Positions 13,361-24,476 of a stretch of 64,000 bases of DNA are shown in pieces; positions within the stretch are counted from its first letter, which is position 1; every line of letters starts with the position of its first letter. A model generated the notes under the pieces. That model did not search any database. It was not told the origin of the DNA and worked only from the letters and a program-made list of their open reading frames with translations. Made by a program: the position numbers and the translations under genes. Origin of the DNA: Phyllobates terribilis (taxonomy: Eukaryota); assembly GCF_046119375.1 (NCBI RefSeq), contig NW_027362765.1, positions 87,110,001-87,174,000 on the forward strand. Direction: 5' to 3'.

Positions 13361-13415
13361 GGGCTTATATAAGCATATAATGACTGTTCAAATCAAGTAC
13401 AGATGCTCTGTGCTG

Positions 13416-13585
13416 CATGGCGCAGCCAATAATTTAACTACACCTTCCCATCTGCTTACTTTCCTTCAATCTCTACCCTCCTCTAGCCCTATGAAGCCAG
13501 AGCTGTCAATTTAAGAAGAGGGGGTGGAGATAGAGGGAAAATAAGCAGGTGGGAAAGTGTAGTTAAATGATTGGCCACACCATGG
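13416..13585. repeat. Imperfect long inverted repeat (hairpin or MITE remnant)
   Basis: ccaataatttaactacaccttcccatctgcttactttcc... pairs with ...ggaaaataagcaggtgggaaagtgtagttaaatgattgg; arms about 60-70 bp. Confidence 0.7.
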
Positions 13586-13664
13586 AGCACCAAGCTCCTG
13601 TACTTGGCTTGAACAGTCATTCGGTGCTGACAGAGTCCCTTTAAAGCTTAGGTAATTTCTCAGG

Positions 13665-14085
13665 TTAGGGCTAGTGTTGGGGTTAGGGTTCAAGTTAGGG
13701 CTAGGATTACGGCCCTGGTTAGGACTCAGGTTAGGGATCAGGTTCAGGTTAGGGCTAGGTTTAGGACCCAGGTTAGGGTTAGAATTAGGAATCAGCGTTA
13801 GGGTTCAGGTTAGGGCTAGAATTAGGGCCCTGGTTAGCTTTAGGAATCAGGTTCGGGTTAGGGCTAGGATTAGGGTTAAAACTCAGGCTAGCGTTTGGGT
13901 TCACGTTAGGGCTAGGATTAGGGCCTTGGTTACTGTTCAGGTTAGGGCTAGAGTTTTACAGTTAGGGCTCAGAGCAGGGCTAGGGCTTAAGTAATGACTC
14001 AGATTAAGGCTCGAGTTTAGTTTAGGGCTAAAGTTATATAGTTGGGGCTCGGAGCAGAGCTTAGGTTAGAGTTCGGGTTATGGTA
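13665..14085 (+). repeat. Degenerate telomere-like hexamer tract without the 48-bp higher order
   Basis: GGTTAG/GGCTAG/GGTTCA hexamer periodicity; shares the gttcaagttagggctag and ggttactgttcagg motifs with the satellite ends. Confidence 0.8.
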
Positions 14086-16360
14086 TTTAAATAGGTACAT
14101 AAATAAAAAATTTATATCTAACAATGTATAATTTTTTTAAATGTTATGTTGGATTTCAGCAGAAGAAAACTAGAGGGCCAAATGGCACACTATACTTACC
14201 ATAACAATTTTCTATAATACATGTGCTTGGGATGTAAGGGGTTCAATACTGGACTGCTGGAAAGGGCTCAGAGTACTAACAGTTACGGGGTGTGAAATAC
14301 TCATCTTTCCCCCGGGGGCTGGCAGCCCACGCTATGCCACTGTATTTAGGGTGTCTGTAAAGGCGGCCATATTGGTGGTTCCTAATGGTAAATCTGTTTG
14401 GTTATATAGTGCGGCGGCCATATTAGCGGTCATCCAGCTTTCCCAGAGTCGGACATAACAAAGAAGCCACCATGCGAAGTCTGTGGGCAGCCTGAGACTG
14501 TTTAATCTGTAGGAGTCCCATGACCACGGTCGATCAATGGCGGATGGCGGTACGGTGTGTTTGCAGACAGCAGACCTGTCTCTAGGAGTGTGCGCGCTCC
14601 CTGCCCAAATCTCCTTTACTGTAACTGCCGTCCTGTCCTGGAAATCTCTCGGGGGTTAATGATTGCTGTATTTTTCCTGCAGATTAATCATTCACACTGT
14701 GCCAGGAATAACAACATGACCACACATGAGGAATATAGATATCTGATCCTGGGAAAGCTGGGTGATTGCCAACTACAACCCTGCTATGACTACCCACATG
14801 GGTCATCTTTGCTGCAGATTTACAGCTGATTTTTGCACCATGAATCCACAGCATTTCTGTAGTGAAATCAATCCCGGATGAGCGGCACATACTCCACTTT
14901 GTGTCCCCTGCTGGTATGTTGTCTTCTTTTTCTAGCAGGGGGAGGGAGTTACATGACTGCTGCAGCCAATCGCCAGCCCAGATTGGCTGCAGCTTTCACA
15001 TTCTTTCCAAGATGCAACAGAGATTGTTTCTTCCAGCTTGGATGGAACATGAAGGCTGCGGCGGATCAGGGCACCTGATTGGCTGCAGCGGTCACTTGTG
15101 TGGCGAGCTGTAAATTTTATTAAAACATGTTAGGGTTCACATGACATTTTGATCACCTGTTATTGCATTTTCCATTTTTTTAATATATTTTTTCTTACTT
15201 TATGGGTATCTGTATTAGAAAAAAGTGGGTGATTCAAATGTGTGTGGGTTTTGTTTTTTTTTAGATTTTAATAAACCTTTTTTTTTTTTTATACTTTTTT
15301 CTTTTAATCCCCCTTAGCAGACTTGAACCTACTTTATATTGTATAGGGAAAATCATGGCTTCCCTTCATGAAGCCCAATGTGTGGCTGGACGTTTCAGGA
15401 GTACCAATATGGTGGTGAAAGCAGAACGGACGACTTAAAGGGGTCGTACAGTGTAAAACAAATCATCATCTATCCGCTGGATGGTTGGTTACTTACCAAT
15501 CGGCAAAACTTTTATCACCTCTTTACAATGGACACTCAACCACCGCTCCATTCATTCTCTATGGGGCTGCCGAAAAAGCTGATCGCAGCGCTTAATGGCC
15601 CCATAGGGAATGAATAGAGCAGCAGTTGATCGTATGCACTGCGGCTCCATTTCAACGGTGCAGGTCCCCGTGGTTGGAACCGCCGCATCGATCAAGAAGT
15701 GATCACATATCCAATTTGTTTTCACCAGAAAACCCCTTTAAGAGCCTCTGTCAGAGACTTATAGAGGCATATAAACGGTCAATCAGCAGCGATTGCTGCC
15801 GGGTTTCACACAGCCAGGTGTGCGGCGAGTTCAGCTCCTGAGGCCGCTCCACATACCTCGCCGTATTATTACATCCCATGTCAGGAAGGGGTTAAATTAA
15901 AGAAGTGGACAATTCCTTTAAAAATATGCACAAATGTCAGTTTCGAGGCAGATTTTCCACAACCTGCATCTAGCGCCCATACAGGATTTTCTGCACAGGA
16001 ATCTTAGGAGAATCTGCAGCGAATATATAAAGTGTGAACACGACACAGAGGGCTGAAAGCTGCGCTGATTCCACAGCGATGGCTGCATTGTGACACGCGC
16101 GCGACATGATGCTGTCGCCTGCTATAAAACTGTCGCCCAACAGCAAAGTGGAAGACGAATCGCAGAAATGTGTGACTATGTGGAGAGAAGCGGCTCCTGT
16201 CACCCAACAGTGATGGAGGGGGGTTATTGAAATGAAAGAATCACTTGGGTACTTTTTGGTTACTGAGAAGAACATCAGAAGAATGAAAGGGTTAAGCTCT
16301 GAGGGGAAAAACTGCATGTTAATTTTGTCAGTTATATACACAAATAGAGTTCGTTGATGA

Positions 16361-16494
16361 TGACGTCACGGAGTGTGGCTTGATACCGCGGTGGATTTCG
16401 GGCATTGTAGTTCGCTATAGTCATTACGTACGTGGTTTCTTTTTTTTTTATCTCCATCCCGTGGTGCTTTGCGTCCTGTTACGTAGATTTGAAT
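16361..16494 (+). promoter_or_regulatory. BIRC5 proximal promoter: CRE, ZNF143/THAP11-like motif, CHR
   Basis: TGACGTCA 16361-16368; GAACTACAATGCCC on the minus strand 16400-16413; AGATTTGAAT 16485-16494 (CHR TTTGAA) 8 bp before the ATG. Confidence 0.65.
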
Positions 16495-16502
16495 TGAGCG
16501 CC

Positions 16503-16652
16503 ATGGTGAACACTCCTCCGCTCATCCTGCCGGCGGCTCAGCCCGGGGAGCCCCGGTTACCGGATGAATGGCGCCTGTACCAGCAGGACACACGGGTTCG
16601 GACCTTCAGCAACTGGCCGTTCACTGAGGGCTGCGCCTGTACTCCGGAGCGG
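16503..16652 (+). CDS. BIRC5: BIRC5/survivin exon 1
   Basis: GCGCCATGG start; MVNTPP...DEWRLYQQDTRVRTFSNWPFTEGCACTPER|gtgagg (BIR N-terminus, CACTPER CDK1 site). Confidence 0.96.
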
Positions 16653-16674
16653 GTGAGGCAGCTGCCATGTCCTC

Positions 16675-16832
16675 TGCATACAGTGTGTGTATATGGGAGT
16701 GTGCACATGTATGTGCAGATATACAATCTGTATATATAGGAGTGTGTACACATGTGTTTATGTACATGTATGTACAGTGTGTATATAGGGGTGTACATGA
16801 ATGTATGTCTGTATGTACAGTGAGTGTGTGTA

Positions 16833-16867
<35 letters not shown>

Positions 16868-19800
16868 GTACAGTGAGTGTGTGTATGTGTGTGTGTATAT
16901 ATATATATATATGTACAGTGTGTGTATGGGAGTGTACATGTATGTACAGTGTGTGTGTATGGGAGTGTACATGTATGTACAGTGTGTGTGTGTATGGGAG
17001 TGTACATGTATGTACAGTGTGTGTGTATGGGAGTGTACATGTATGTACAGTGTGTGTGTGTATGGGAGTGTACATGTATGTACAGTGTGTGTGTGTATGG
17101 GAGTGTACATGTATGTACAGTGTGTGTGTGTGTATGGGAGTGTACATGTATGTACAGTGTGTGTGTGTGTATGNNNNNNNNNNNNNNNNNNNNNNNNNNN
17201 NNNNNNNNNNNNNNNNNNNNNNNNNNNNNNNNNNNNNNNNNNNNNNNNNNNNNNNNNNNNNNNNNNNNNNNNNNNNNNNNNNNNNNNNNNNNNNNNNNNN
17301 NNNNNNNNNNNNNNNNNNNNNNNNNNNNNNNNNNNNNNNNNNNNNNNNNNNNNNNNNNNNNNNNNNNNNNNNNNNNNNGTGTGTGTGTGTATGGGAGTGT
17401 ACATGTATGTACAGTGTGTGTGTGTGTATGGGAGTGTACATGTATGTACAGTGTGTGTGTGTGTATGGGAGTNNNNNNNNNNNNNNNNNNNNNNNNNNNN
17501 NNNNNNNNNNNNNNNNNNNNNNNNNNNNNNNNNNNNNNNNNNNNNNNNNNNNNNNNNNNNNNNNNNNNNNNNNNNNNNNNNNNNNNNNNNNNNNNNNNNN
17601 NNNNNNNNNNNNNNNNNNNNNNNNNNNNNNNNNNNNNNNNNNNNNNNNNNNNNNNNNNNNNNNNNNNNNNNNNNNNNNNNNNNNNNNNNNNNNNNNNNNG
17701 TGTGTGTGTGTATGNNNNNNNNNNNNNNNNNNNNNNNNNNNNNNNNNNNNNNNNNNNNNNNNNNNNNNNNNNNNNNNNNNNNNNNNNNNNNNNNNNNNNN
17801 NNNNNNNNNNNNNNNNNNNNNNNNNNNNNNNNNNNNNNNNNNNNNNNNNNNNNNNNNNNNNNNNNNNNNNNNNNNNNNNNNNNNNNNNNNNNNNNNNNNN
17901 NNNNNNNNNNNNNNNNNNNNNNNNNNNNNNNNNNNNNNNNNNNNNNNNNNNNNNNNNNNNNNNNNNNNNNNNNNNNGTGTGTGTGTGTGTATGNNNNNNN
18001 NNNNNNNNNNNNNNNNNNNNNNNNNNNNNNNNNNNNNNNNNNNNNNNNNNNNNNNNNNNNNNNNNNNNNNNNNNNNNNNNNNNNNNNNNNNNNNNNNNNN
18101 NNNNNNNNNNNNNNNNNNNNNNNNNNNNNNNNNNNNNNNNNNNNNNNNNNNNNNNNNNNNNNNNNNNNNNNNNNNNNNNNNNNNNNNNNNNNNNNNNNNN
18201 NNNNNNNNNNNNNNNNNNNNNNNNNNNNNNNNNNNNNNNNNNNNNNNNNNNNNNNNNNNNNNNNNNNNNNNNNNNNNNNNNNNNNNNNNNNNNNNNGTGT
18301 GTGTATGGGAGTGTACATGTATGTACAGTGTGTGTATGGGAGTGTACATGTATGTACAGTGTGTGTGTGGGAGTGTACATGTATGTACAGTGTGTGTGTG
18401 TGTGGGAGTGTACATGTATGTACAGTGTGTGTGTGTGTGGGAGTGTACATGTATGTACAGTGTGTGTGTGTGTGGGAGTGTACATGTATGTACAGTGTGT
18501 GTGTGTATGGGAGTGTACATGTATGTACAGTGTGTGTGTGTATGGGAGTGTACATGTATGTACAGTGTGTGTGTGTGTATGGGAGTGTACATGTATGTAC
18601 AGTGTGTGTGTGTGTGTGTATGGGAGTGTACATGTATGTACAGTGTGTGTGTGTGTATGGGAGTGTACATGTATGTACAGTGTGTGTATGGGAGTGTACA
18701 TGTATGTACAGTGTGTGTGTGGGAGTGTACATGTATGTACAGTGTGTGTGTGTGTGGGAGTGTACATGTATGTACAGTGTGTGTGTGTGTGGGAGTGTAC
18801 ATGTATGTACAGTGTGTGTGTGTGTATGGGAGTGTACATGTATGTACAGTGTGTGTGTGTGTATGGGAGTGTACATGTATGTACAGTGTGTGTGTGTGTA
18901 TGGGAGTGTACATGTATGTACAGTGTGTGTGTGTGTGTATGGGAGTGTACATGTATGTACAGTGTGTGTGTGTGTATGGGAGTGTACATGTATGTACAGT
19001 GTGTGTGTGTGTATGGGAGTGTACATGTATGTACAGTGTGTGTGTGTGTATGGGAGTGTACATGTATGTACAGTGTGTGTGTGTGTATGGGAGTNNNNNN
19101 NNNNNNNNNNNNNNNNNNNNNNNNNNNNNNNNNNNNNNNNNNNNNNNNNNNNNNNNNNNNNNNNNNNNNNNNNNNNNNNNNNNNNNNNNNNNNNNNNNNN
19201 NNNNNNNNNNNNNNNNNNNNNNNNNNNNNNNNNNNNNNNNNNNNNNNNNNNNNNNNNNNNNNNNNNNNNNNNNNNNNNNNNNNNNNNNNNNNNNNNNNNN
19301 NNNNNNNNNNNNNNNNNNNNNNNNNNNNNNNNNNNNNNNNNNNNNNNNNNNNNNNNNNNNNNNNNNNNNNNNNNNNNNNNNNNNGTGTGTGTGTGTGTAT
19401 GGGAGTGTACATGTATGTACAGTGTGTGTATGGGAGTGTACATGTATGTACAGTGTGTGTATGGGAGTGTACATGTATGTACAGTGTGTGTGTGGGAGTG
19501 TACATGTATGTACAGTGTGTGTGTGTGTGGGAGTGTACATGTATGTACAGTGTGTGTGTGTGTGGGAGTGTACATGTATGTACAGTGTGTGTGTGTGTGG
19601 GAGTGTACATGTATGTACAGTGTGTGTGTGTATGGGAGTGTACATGTATGTACAGTGTGTGTGTGTATGGGAGTGTACATGTATGTACAGTGTGTGTGTG
19701 TGTATGGGAGTGTACATGTATGTACAGTGTGTGTGTGTGTATGGGAGTGTACATGTATGTACAGTGTGTGTATGGGAGTGTACATGTATGTACAGTGTGT

Positions 19801-22176
19801 GTGTGGGAGTGTACATGTATGTACAGTGTGTGTGTGTGTGGGAGTGTACATGTATGTACAGTGTGTGTGTGTGTGGGAGTGTACATGTATGTACAGTGTG
19901 TGTGTGTGTATGGGAGTGTACATGTATGTACAGTGTGTGTATGGGAGTGTACATGTATGTACAGTGTGTGTATGGGAGTGTACATGTATGTACAGTGTGT
20001 GTGTGGGAGTGTACATGTATGTACAGTGTGTGTGTGTGTGGGAGTGTACATGTATGTACAGTGTGTGTGTGTGTGGGAGTGTACATGTATGTACAGTGTG
20101 TGTGTGTGTGGGAGTGTACATGTATGTACAGTGTGTGTGTGTATGGGAGTGTACATGTATGTACAGTGTGTGTGTGTATGGGAGTGTACATGTATGTACA
20201 GTGTGTGTGTGTGTATGGGAGTGTACATGTATGTACAGTGTGTGTGTGTGTATGGGAGTGTACATGTATGTACAGTGTGTGTATGGGAGTGTACATGTAT
20301 GTACAGTGTGTGTGTGGGAGTGTACATGTATGTACAGTGTGTGTGTGTGTGGGAGTGTACATGTATGTACAGTGTGTGTGTGTGTGGGAGTGTACATGTA
20401 TGTACAGTGTGTGTGTGTGTATGGGAGTGTACATGTATGTACAGTGTGTGTGTGTGTATGGGAGTGTACATGTATGTACAGTGTGTGTGTGTGTATGGGA
20501 GTGTACATGTATGTACAGTGTGTGTGTGTGTGTATGGGAGTGTACATGTATGTACAGTGTGTGTGTGTGTATGGGAGTGTACATGTATGTACAGTGTGTG
20601 TGTGTGTATGGGAGTGTACATGTATGTACAGTGTGTGTGTGTGTATGGGAGTGTACATGTATGTACAGTGTGTGTATGGGAGTGTACATGTATGTACAGT
20701 GTGTGTGTGGGAGTGTACATGTATGTACAGTGTGTGTGGGAGTGTACATGTATGTACAGTGTGTGTGTGTATGGGAGTGTACATGTATGTACAGTGTGTG
20801 TGTGTGTATGGGAGTGTACATGTATGTACAGTGTGTGTGTGTGTATGGGAGTGTACATGTATGTACAGTGTGTGTATGGGAGTGTACATGTATGTACAGT
20901 GTGTGTGTGGGAGTGTACATGTATGTACAGTGTGTGTGTGTGTGGGAGTGTACATGTATGTACAGTGTGTGTGTGTGTGGGAGTGTACATGTATGTACAG
21001 TGTGTGTGTGTGTATGGGAGTGTACATGTATGTACAGTGTGTGTGTGTGTATGGGAGTGTACATGTATGTACAGTGTGTGTGTGTGTATGGGAGTGTACA
21101 TGTATGTACAGTGTGTGTGTGTGTATGGGAGTGTACATGTATGTACAGTGTGTGTGTGTGTATGGGAGTGTACATGTATGTACAGTGTGTGTGTGTGTAT
21201 GGGAGTGTACATGTATGTACAGTGTGTGTGTGTGTATGGGAGTGTACATGTATGTACAGTGTGTGTGTGTGTATGGGAGTGTACATGTATGTACAGTGTG
21301 TGTATGGGAGTGTACATGTATGTACAGTGTGTGTATGGGAGTGTACATGTATGTACAGTGTGTGTGTGGGAGTGTACATGTATGTACAGTGTGTGTGTGT
21401 GTGGGAGTGTACATGTATGTACAGTGTGTGTGTGTGTGGGAGTGTACATGTATGTACAGTGTGTGTGTGTGTATGGGAGTGTACATGTATGTACAGTGTG
21501 TGTGTGTGTATGGGAGTGTACATGTATGTACAGTGTGTGTGTGTGTGTATGGGAGTGTACATGTATGTACAGTGTGTGTGTGTGTGTATGGGAGTGTACA
21601 TGTATGTACAGTGTGTGTGTGTGTATGGGAGTGTACATGTATGTACAGTGTGTGTGTGTGTATGGGAGTGTACATGTATGTACAGTGTGTGTGTGTGTAT
21701 GGGAGTGTACATGTATGTACAGTGTGTGTATGGGAGTGTACATGTATGTACAGTGTGTGTGTGGGAGTGTACATGTATGTACAGTGTGTGTGTGTGTGGG
21801 AGTGTACATGTATGTACAGTGTGTGTGTGTGTGGGAGTGTACATGTATGTACAGTGTGTGTGTGTATGGGAGTGTACATGTATGTACAGTGTGTGTGTGT
21901 ATGGGAGTGTACATGTATGTACAGTGTGTGTGTGTGTATGGGAGTGTACATGTATGTACAGTGTGTGTGTGTGTATGGGAGTGTACATGTATGTACAGTG
22001 TGTGTGTGTGTATGGGAGTGTACATGTATGTACAGTGTGTGTGTGTGTGTATGGGAGTGTACATGTATGTACAGTGTGTGTGTGTGTATGGGAGTGTACA
22101 TGTATGTACAGTGTGTGTGTGTGTATGGGAGTGTACATGTATGGCTGTATGTACAGTGTGTGTATATAGGGATGTA
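16675..22176. repeat. Compound minisatellite: constant core ATGGGAGTGTACATGTATGTACA plus a variable (GT)n linker
   Basis: Read directly; units about 29-39 bp; fills most of BIRC5 intron 1. Confidence 0.96.
17174..19384. other. Five assembly gaps (N runs) inside the minisatellite
   Basis: N at 17174-17378, 17473-17699, 17715-17976, 17994-18296 and 19095-19384. Confidence 0.98.
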
Positions 22177-23840
22177 CAGTACAGACCAAAAGTTTGGACA
22201 CACCTCATTTAAAGATTTTTCTGTATTTTCATGACTTTGAAAATTGTACATTCACACTGAAGGCATCAAAACTATGAATTAACACATGTGGAATTATATA
22301 CTTAGCAAAAAAGTGTGAACCAACTGAAAATATGACTTATATTCTAGGTTCTTCAAAGTAGCCACCTTTTGCTTTGATGACTGCTTTGCACACTCTTGAT
22401 GAGCTTCAAGAAGTAGTCACCGGAAATGGTCTTCCAACAATCTTGAAGGAGTTCCCAGAGATGCTTAGCACTTGTTGACCCTTTTGCCTTCACTCTGCGG
22501 TCCAGCTCACCCCAAACCATCTCGATTGGGTTCAGGTCTGGTGACTGTGGAGGCCAGGTCATCTGGCGTAGCACCCCATCACTCAGTAATGATGGCCACT
22601 CGTTTTTCTTTACTTAGCTGCTTTTTTCTTGCCATAATACAAATTCTAAGTAAAGAAAAACGAGTGGCCATCATTACTTTAAGAAATGAAGGTCAATCAG
22701 TGCGAAAAATTGGGCAAAACTTTGAAAGTGTCCCCAAGTGCAGTTGCAAAAACCATCAAGCGCTACAAAGAAACTGGCTCACATGAGGACCGCCACAGGA
22801 AAGGAAGACCAAGAGTCACCTCTGCTTCTGAGGATAAGTTTATCCGAGTCCCAGCCTCAGAAATCGCAGGTTAACAGCAGCTCAGATTAGAGACCAGGTC
22901 AATGCCACACAGAGTTCTAGCAGCAGACACATCTCTACAACAACTGTTAAGAGGAGACTTTGTGCAGCAGGCCTTCATGGTAAAATAGCTGCTAGGAAAC
23001 CACTGCTAAGGACAGGCAACAAGCAGAAGAGACTTGTTTGGGCTAAAGAACACAAGGAATGGACATTAGACCAGTGGAAATCTGTGCTTTGGTCTGATGA
23101 GTCCAAATTTGAGATCTTTGGTTCCAACCACTGTGTCTTTGTGCGACGCAGAAAAGGTGAACGGATGGACTCTACATGCCTGGTTCCCACCGTGAAGCAT
23201 GGAGGAGGAGGTGTGATGGTGTGGGGGTGCTTTGCTGGTGACACTGTTGGGGATTTATTCAAAATTGAAGGCATACTGAACAAGCATGGCTACCACAGCA
23301 ACTTGCAGCGGCATGCTATTCCATCCGGTTTGCGTTTAGTTGGACCTTCATTTATTTTTCAACAGGACAATGACCCCAAACACACCTCCAGGTGGTGTAA
23401 GGGCTATTTGACCAAGAAGGAGAGTGATGGGGTGCTACGCCAGATGACCTAGCCTCCACAGTCGCCAGATCTGAACCCAATCGAGATGGTTTGGGGTGAG
23501 CTGGACCGCAGAGTGAAGGCAAAAGGGCCAACAAGTGCTAAGCATCTCTGGGAACTCCTTCAAGATTGTTGGAAGACCATTTCCGGTGACTACCTCTTGA
23601 AGCTCATCAAGAGAATGCCAAGAGTGTGCAAAGCCGTCATCAAAGCAAAAGGTGGCTACTTTGAAGAACCTAGAATATAAGACATATTTTCAGTTGTTTC
23701 ACACTTTTTTGTTAAGTATATAATTCCACATGTGTTAATTCATAGTTTTGATGCCTTCAGTGTGAATGTACAATTTTCATAGTCATGAAAATACAGAAAA
23801 ATCTTTAAATGAGGTGTGTCCAAACTTTTGGTCTGTACTG
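22177..23840 (+). mobile_element. Tc1/mariner element, DD38E (Intruder-like), fold-back structure with ~410-bp inverted arms, TA target duplication
   Basis: TA|CAGTACAGACCAAAAGTTTGGACAC ... GTGTCCAAACTTTTGGTCTGTACTG|TA; arms 22177-22584 and 23422-23840; 38 residues between QQ(D)ND and NPI(E). Confidence 0.93.
22646..23680 (+). pseudogene. Disrupted DD38E transposase
   Basis: LSKEKRVAIITLRNEGQS, GRPRVTS, WSDESKF, QQDNDPKH, SPDLNPIEMVW...KGGYFEEPRI*; +1 indel near 22716, -1 indel near 22850, TAG at 23450-23452. Confidence 0.92.
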
Positions 23841-23842
23841 TA

Positions 23843-24250
23843 TGTACAGTTTGTATATGGGAGAGTACATTTATGTATGGCTGTATGTACAGTGTATATG
23901 GGAGTGTACACCCTTATATACACACTTTACATACAGCCATACATAAATGTACACACACTGTACATACGTGTATACACTGTACATACAGCCATTCATGTGT
24001 ACATTTATGAATGGCTGTGTGTACACTTATGTATGGCTGTATGTACAGTGTATATAGGGGAGTGTACATTTATGTATGGCTGTGTGTGTATGGGAGTGTA
24101 TATGTATGTACCGAGGTTTTGTATGGTTGTATTTACAGTGTGTGTATATATGTATATACATTGTGTATATTGGAGAGTATGTACAGATGTATAGTGTGTA
24201 CATGTATGGATGTATGTATAGGAGAGTGTGGACATGTATGTACCTTATAG
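23843..24250. repeat. Degenerate TGTA/TATG low-complexity repeat (older flank of the intron-1 minisatellite)
   Basis: Same gtatgtacagtg and gggagtgta motifs but diverged; continues across the Tc1 insertion. Confidence 0.8.
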
Positions 24251-24476
24251 ACATGTATGAGTCATTGTACAGCCTCGCACACTGTGTATTCTCTGTATCA
24301 CACGGATGCTTTGTATAGTGGTAACTAGAGATGAGTGAATGGATTCACAGGAGCCTGGTCCAGTGGCCTTGTTAGTAGCCCATGACAGCAGGACATTCTG
24401 CACCTCTTCTGATTAGTAGCCATGGTGCAGCGCCATTGTTGTAGCATAAGGGATGCGTGACATTGTGCCAGGATGT

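Noticed and set aside
2980-13372. Very long Ser/Asn/Pro-rich ORFs (up to 1449 aa) and RAQ/RV-rich ORFs, superficially mucin-like or antifreeze-like
   Set aside because: They are translations of a 48-bp satellite whose C-rich strand lacks stops in one frame. There are no splice signals, signal peptide or unique domain, and the frames break at indels.
2860-14085. True telomere or chromosome-fusion site
   Set aside because: No extended perfect (TTAGGG)n run and no head-to-head strand switch; intact syntenic genes lie on both sides.
17174-19384. Biological meaning of the irregular N-run lengths
   Set aside because: Assembly or masking artefact; it only means the array length and unit order here are uncertain.
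16900-22140. CRISPR-like pattern of a constant repeat with variable spacers
   Set aside because: The spacers are just (GT)n of varying length, the context is eukaryotic, and no cas genes are present.
16538-22251. Six ~1800-aa ORFs (His/Thr-rich and Val/Cys-rich)
   Set aside because: All six frames are open only because of TG/TA repeats and N gaps; the region is BIRC5 intron 1.
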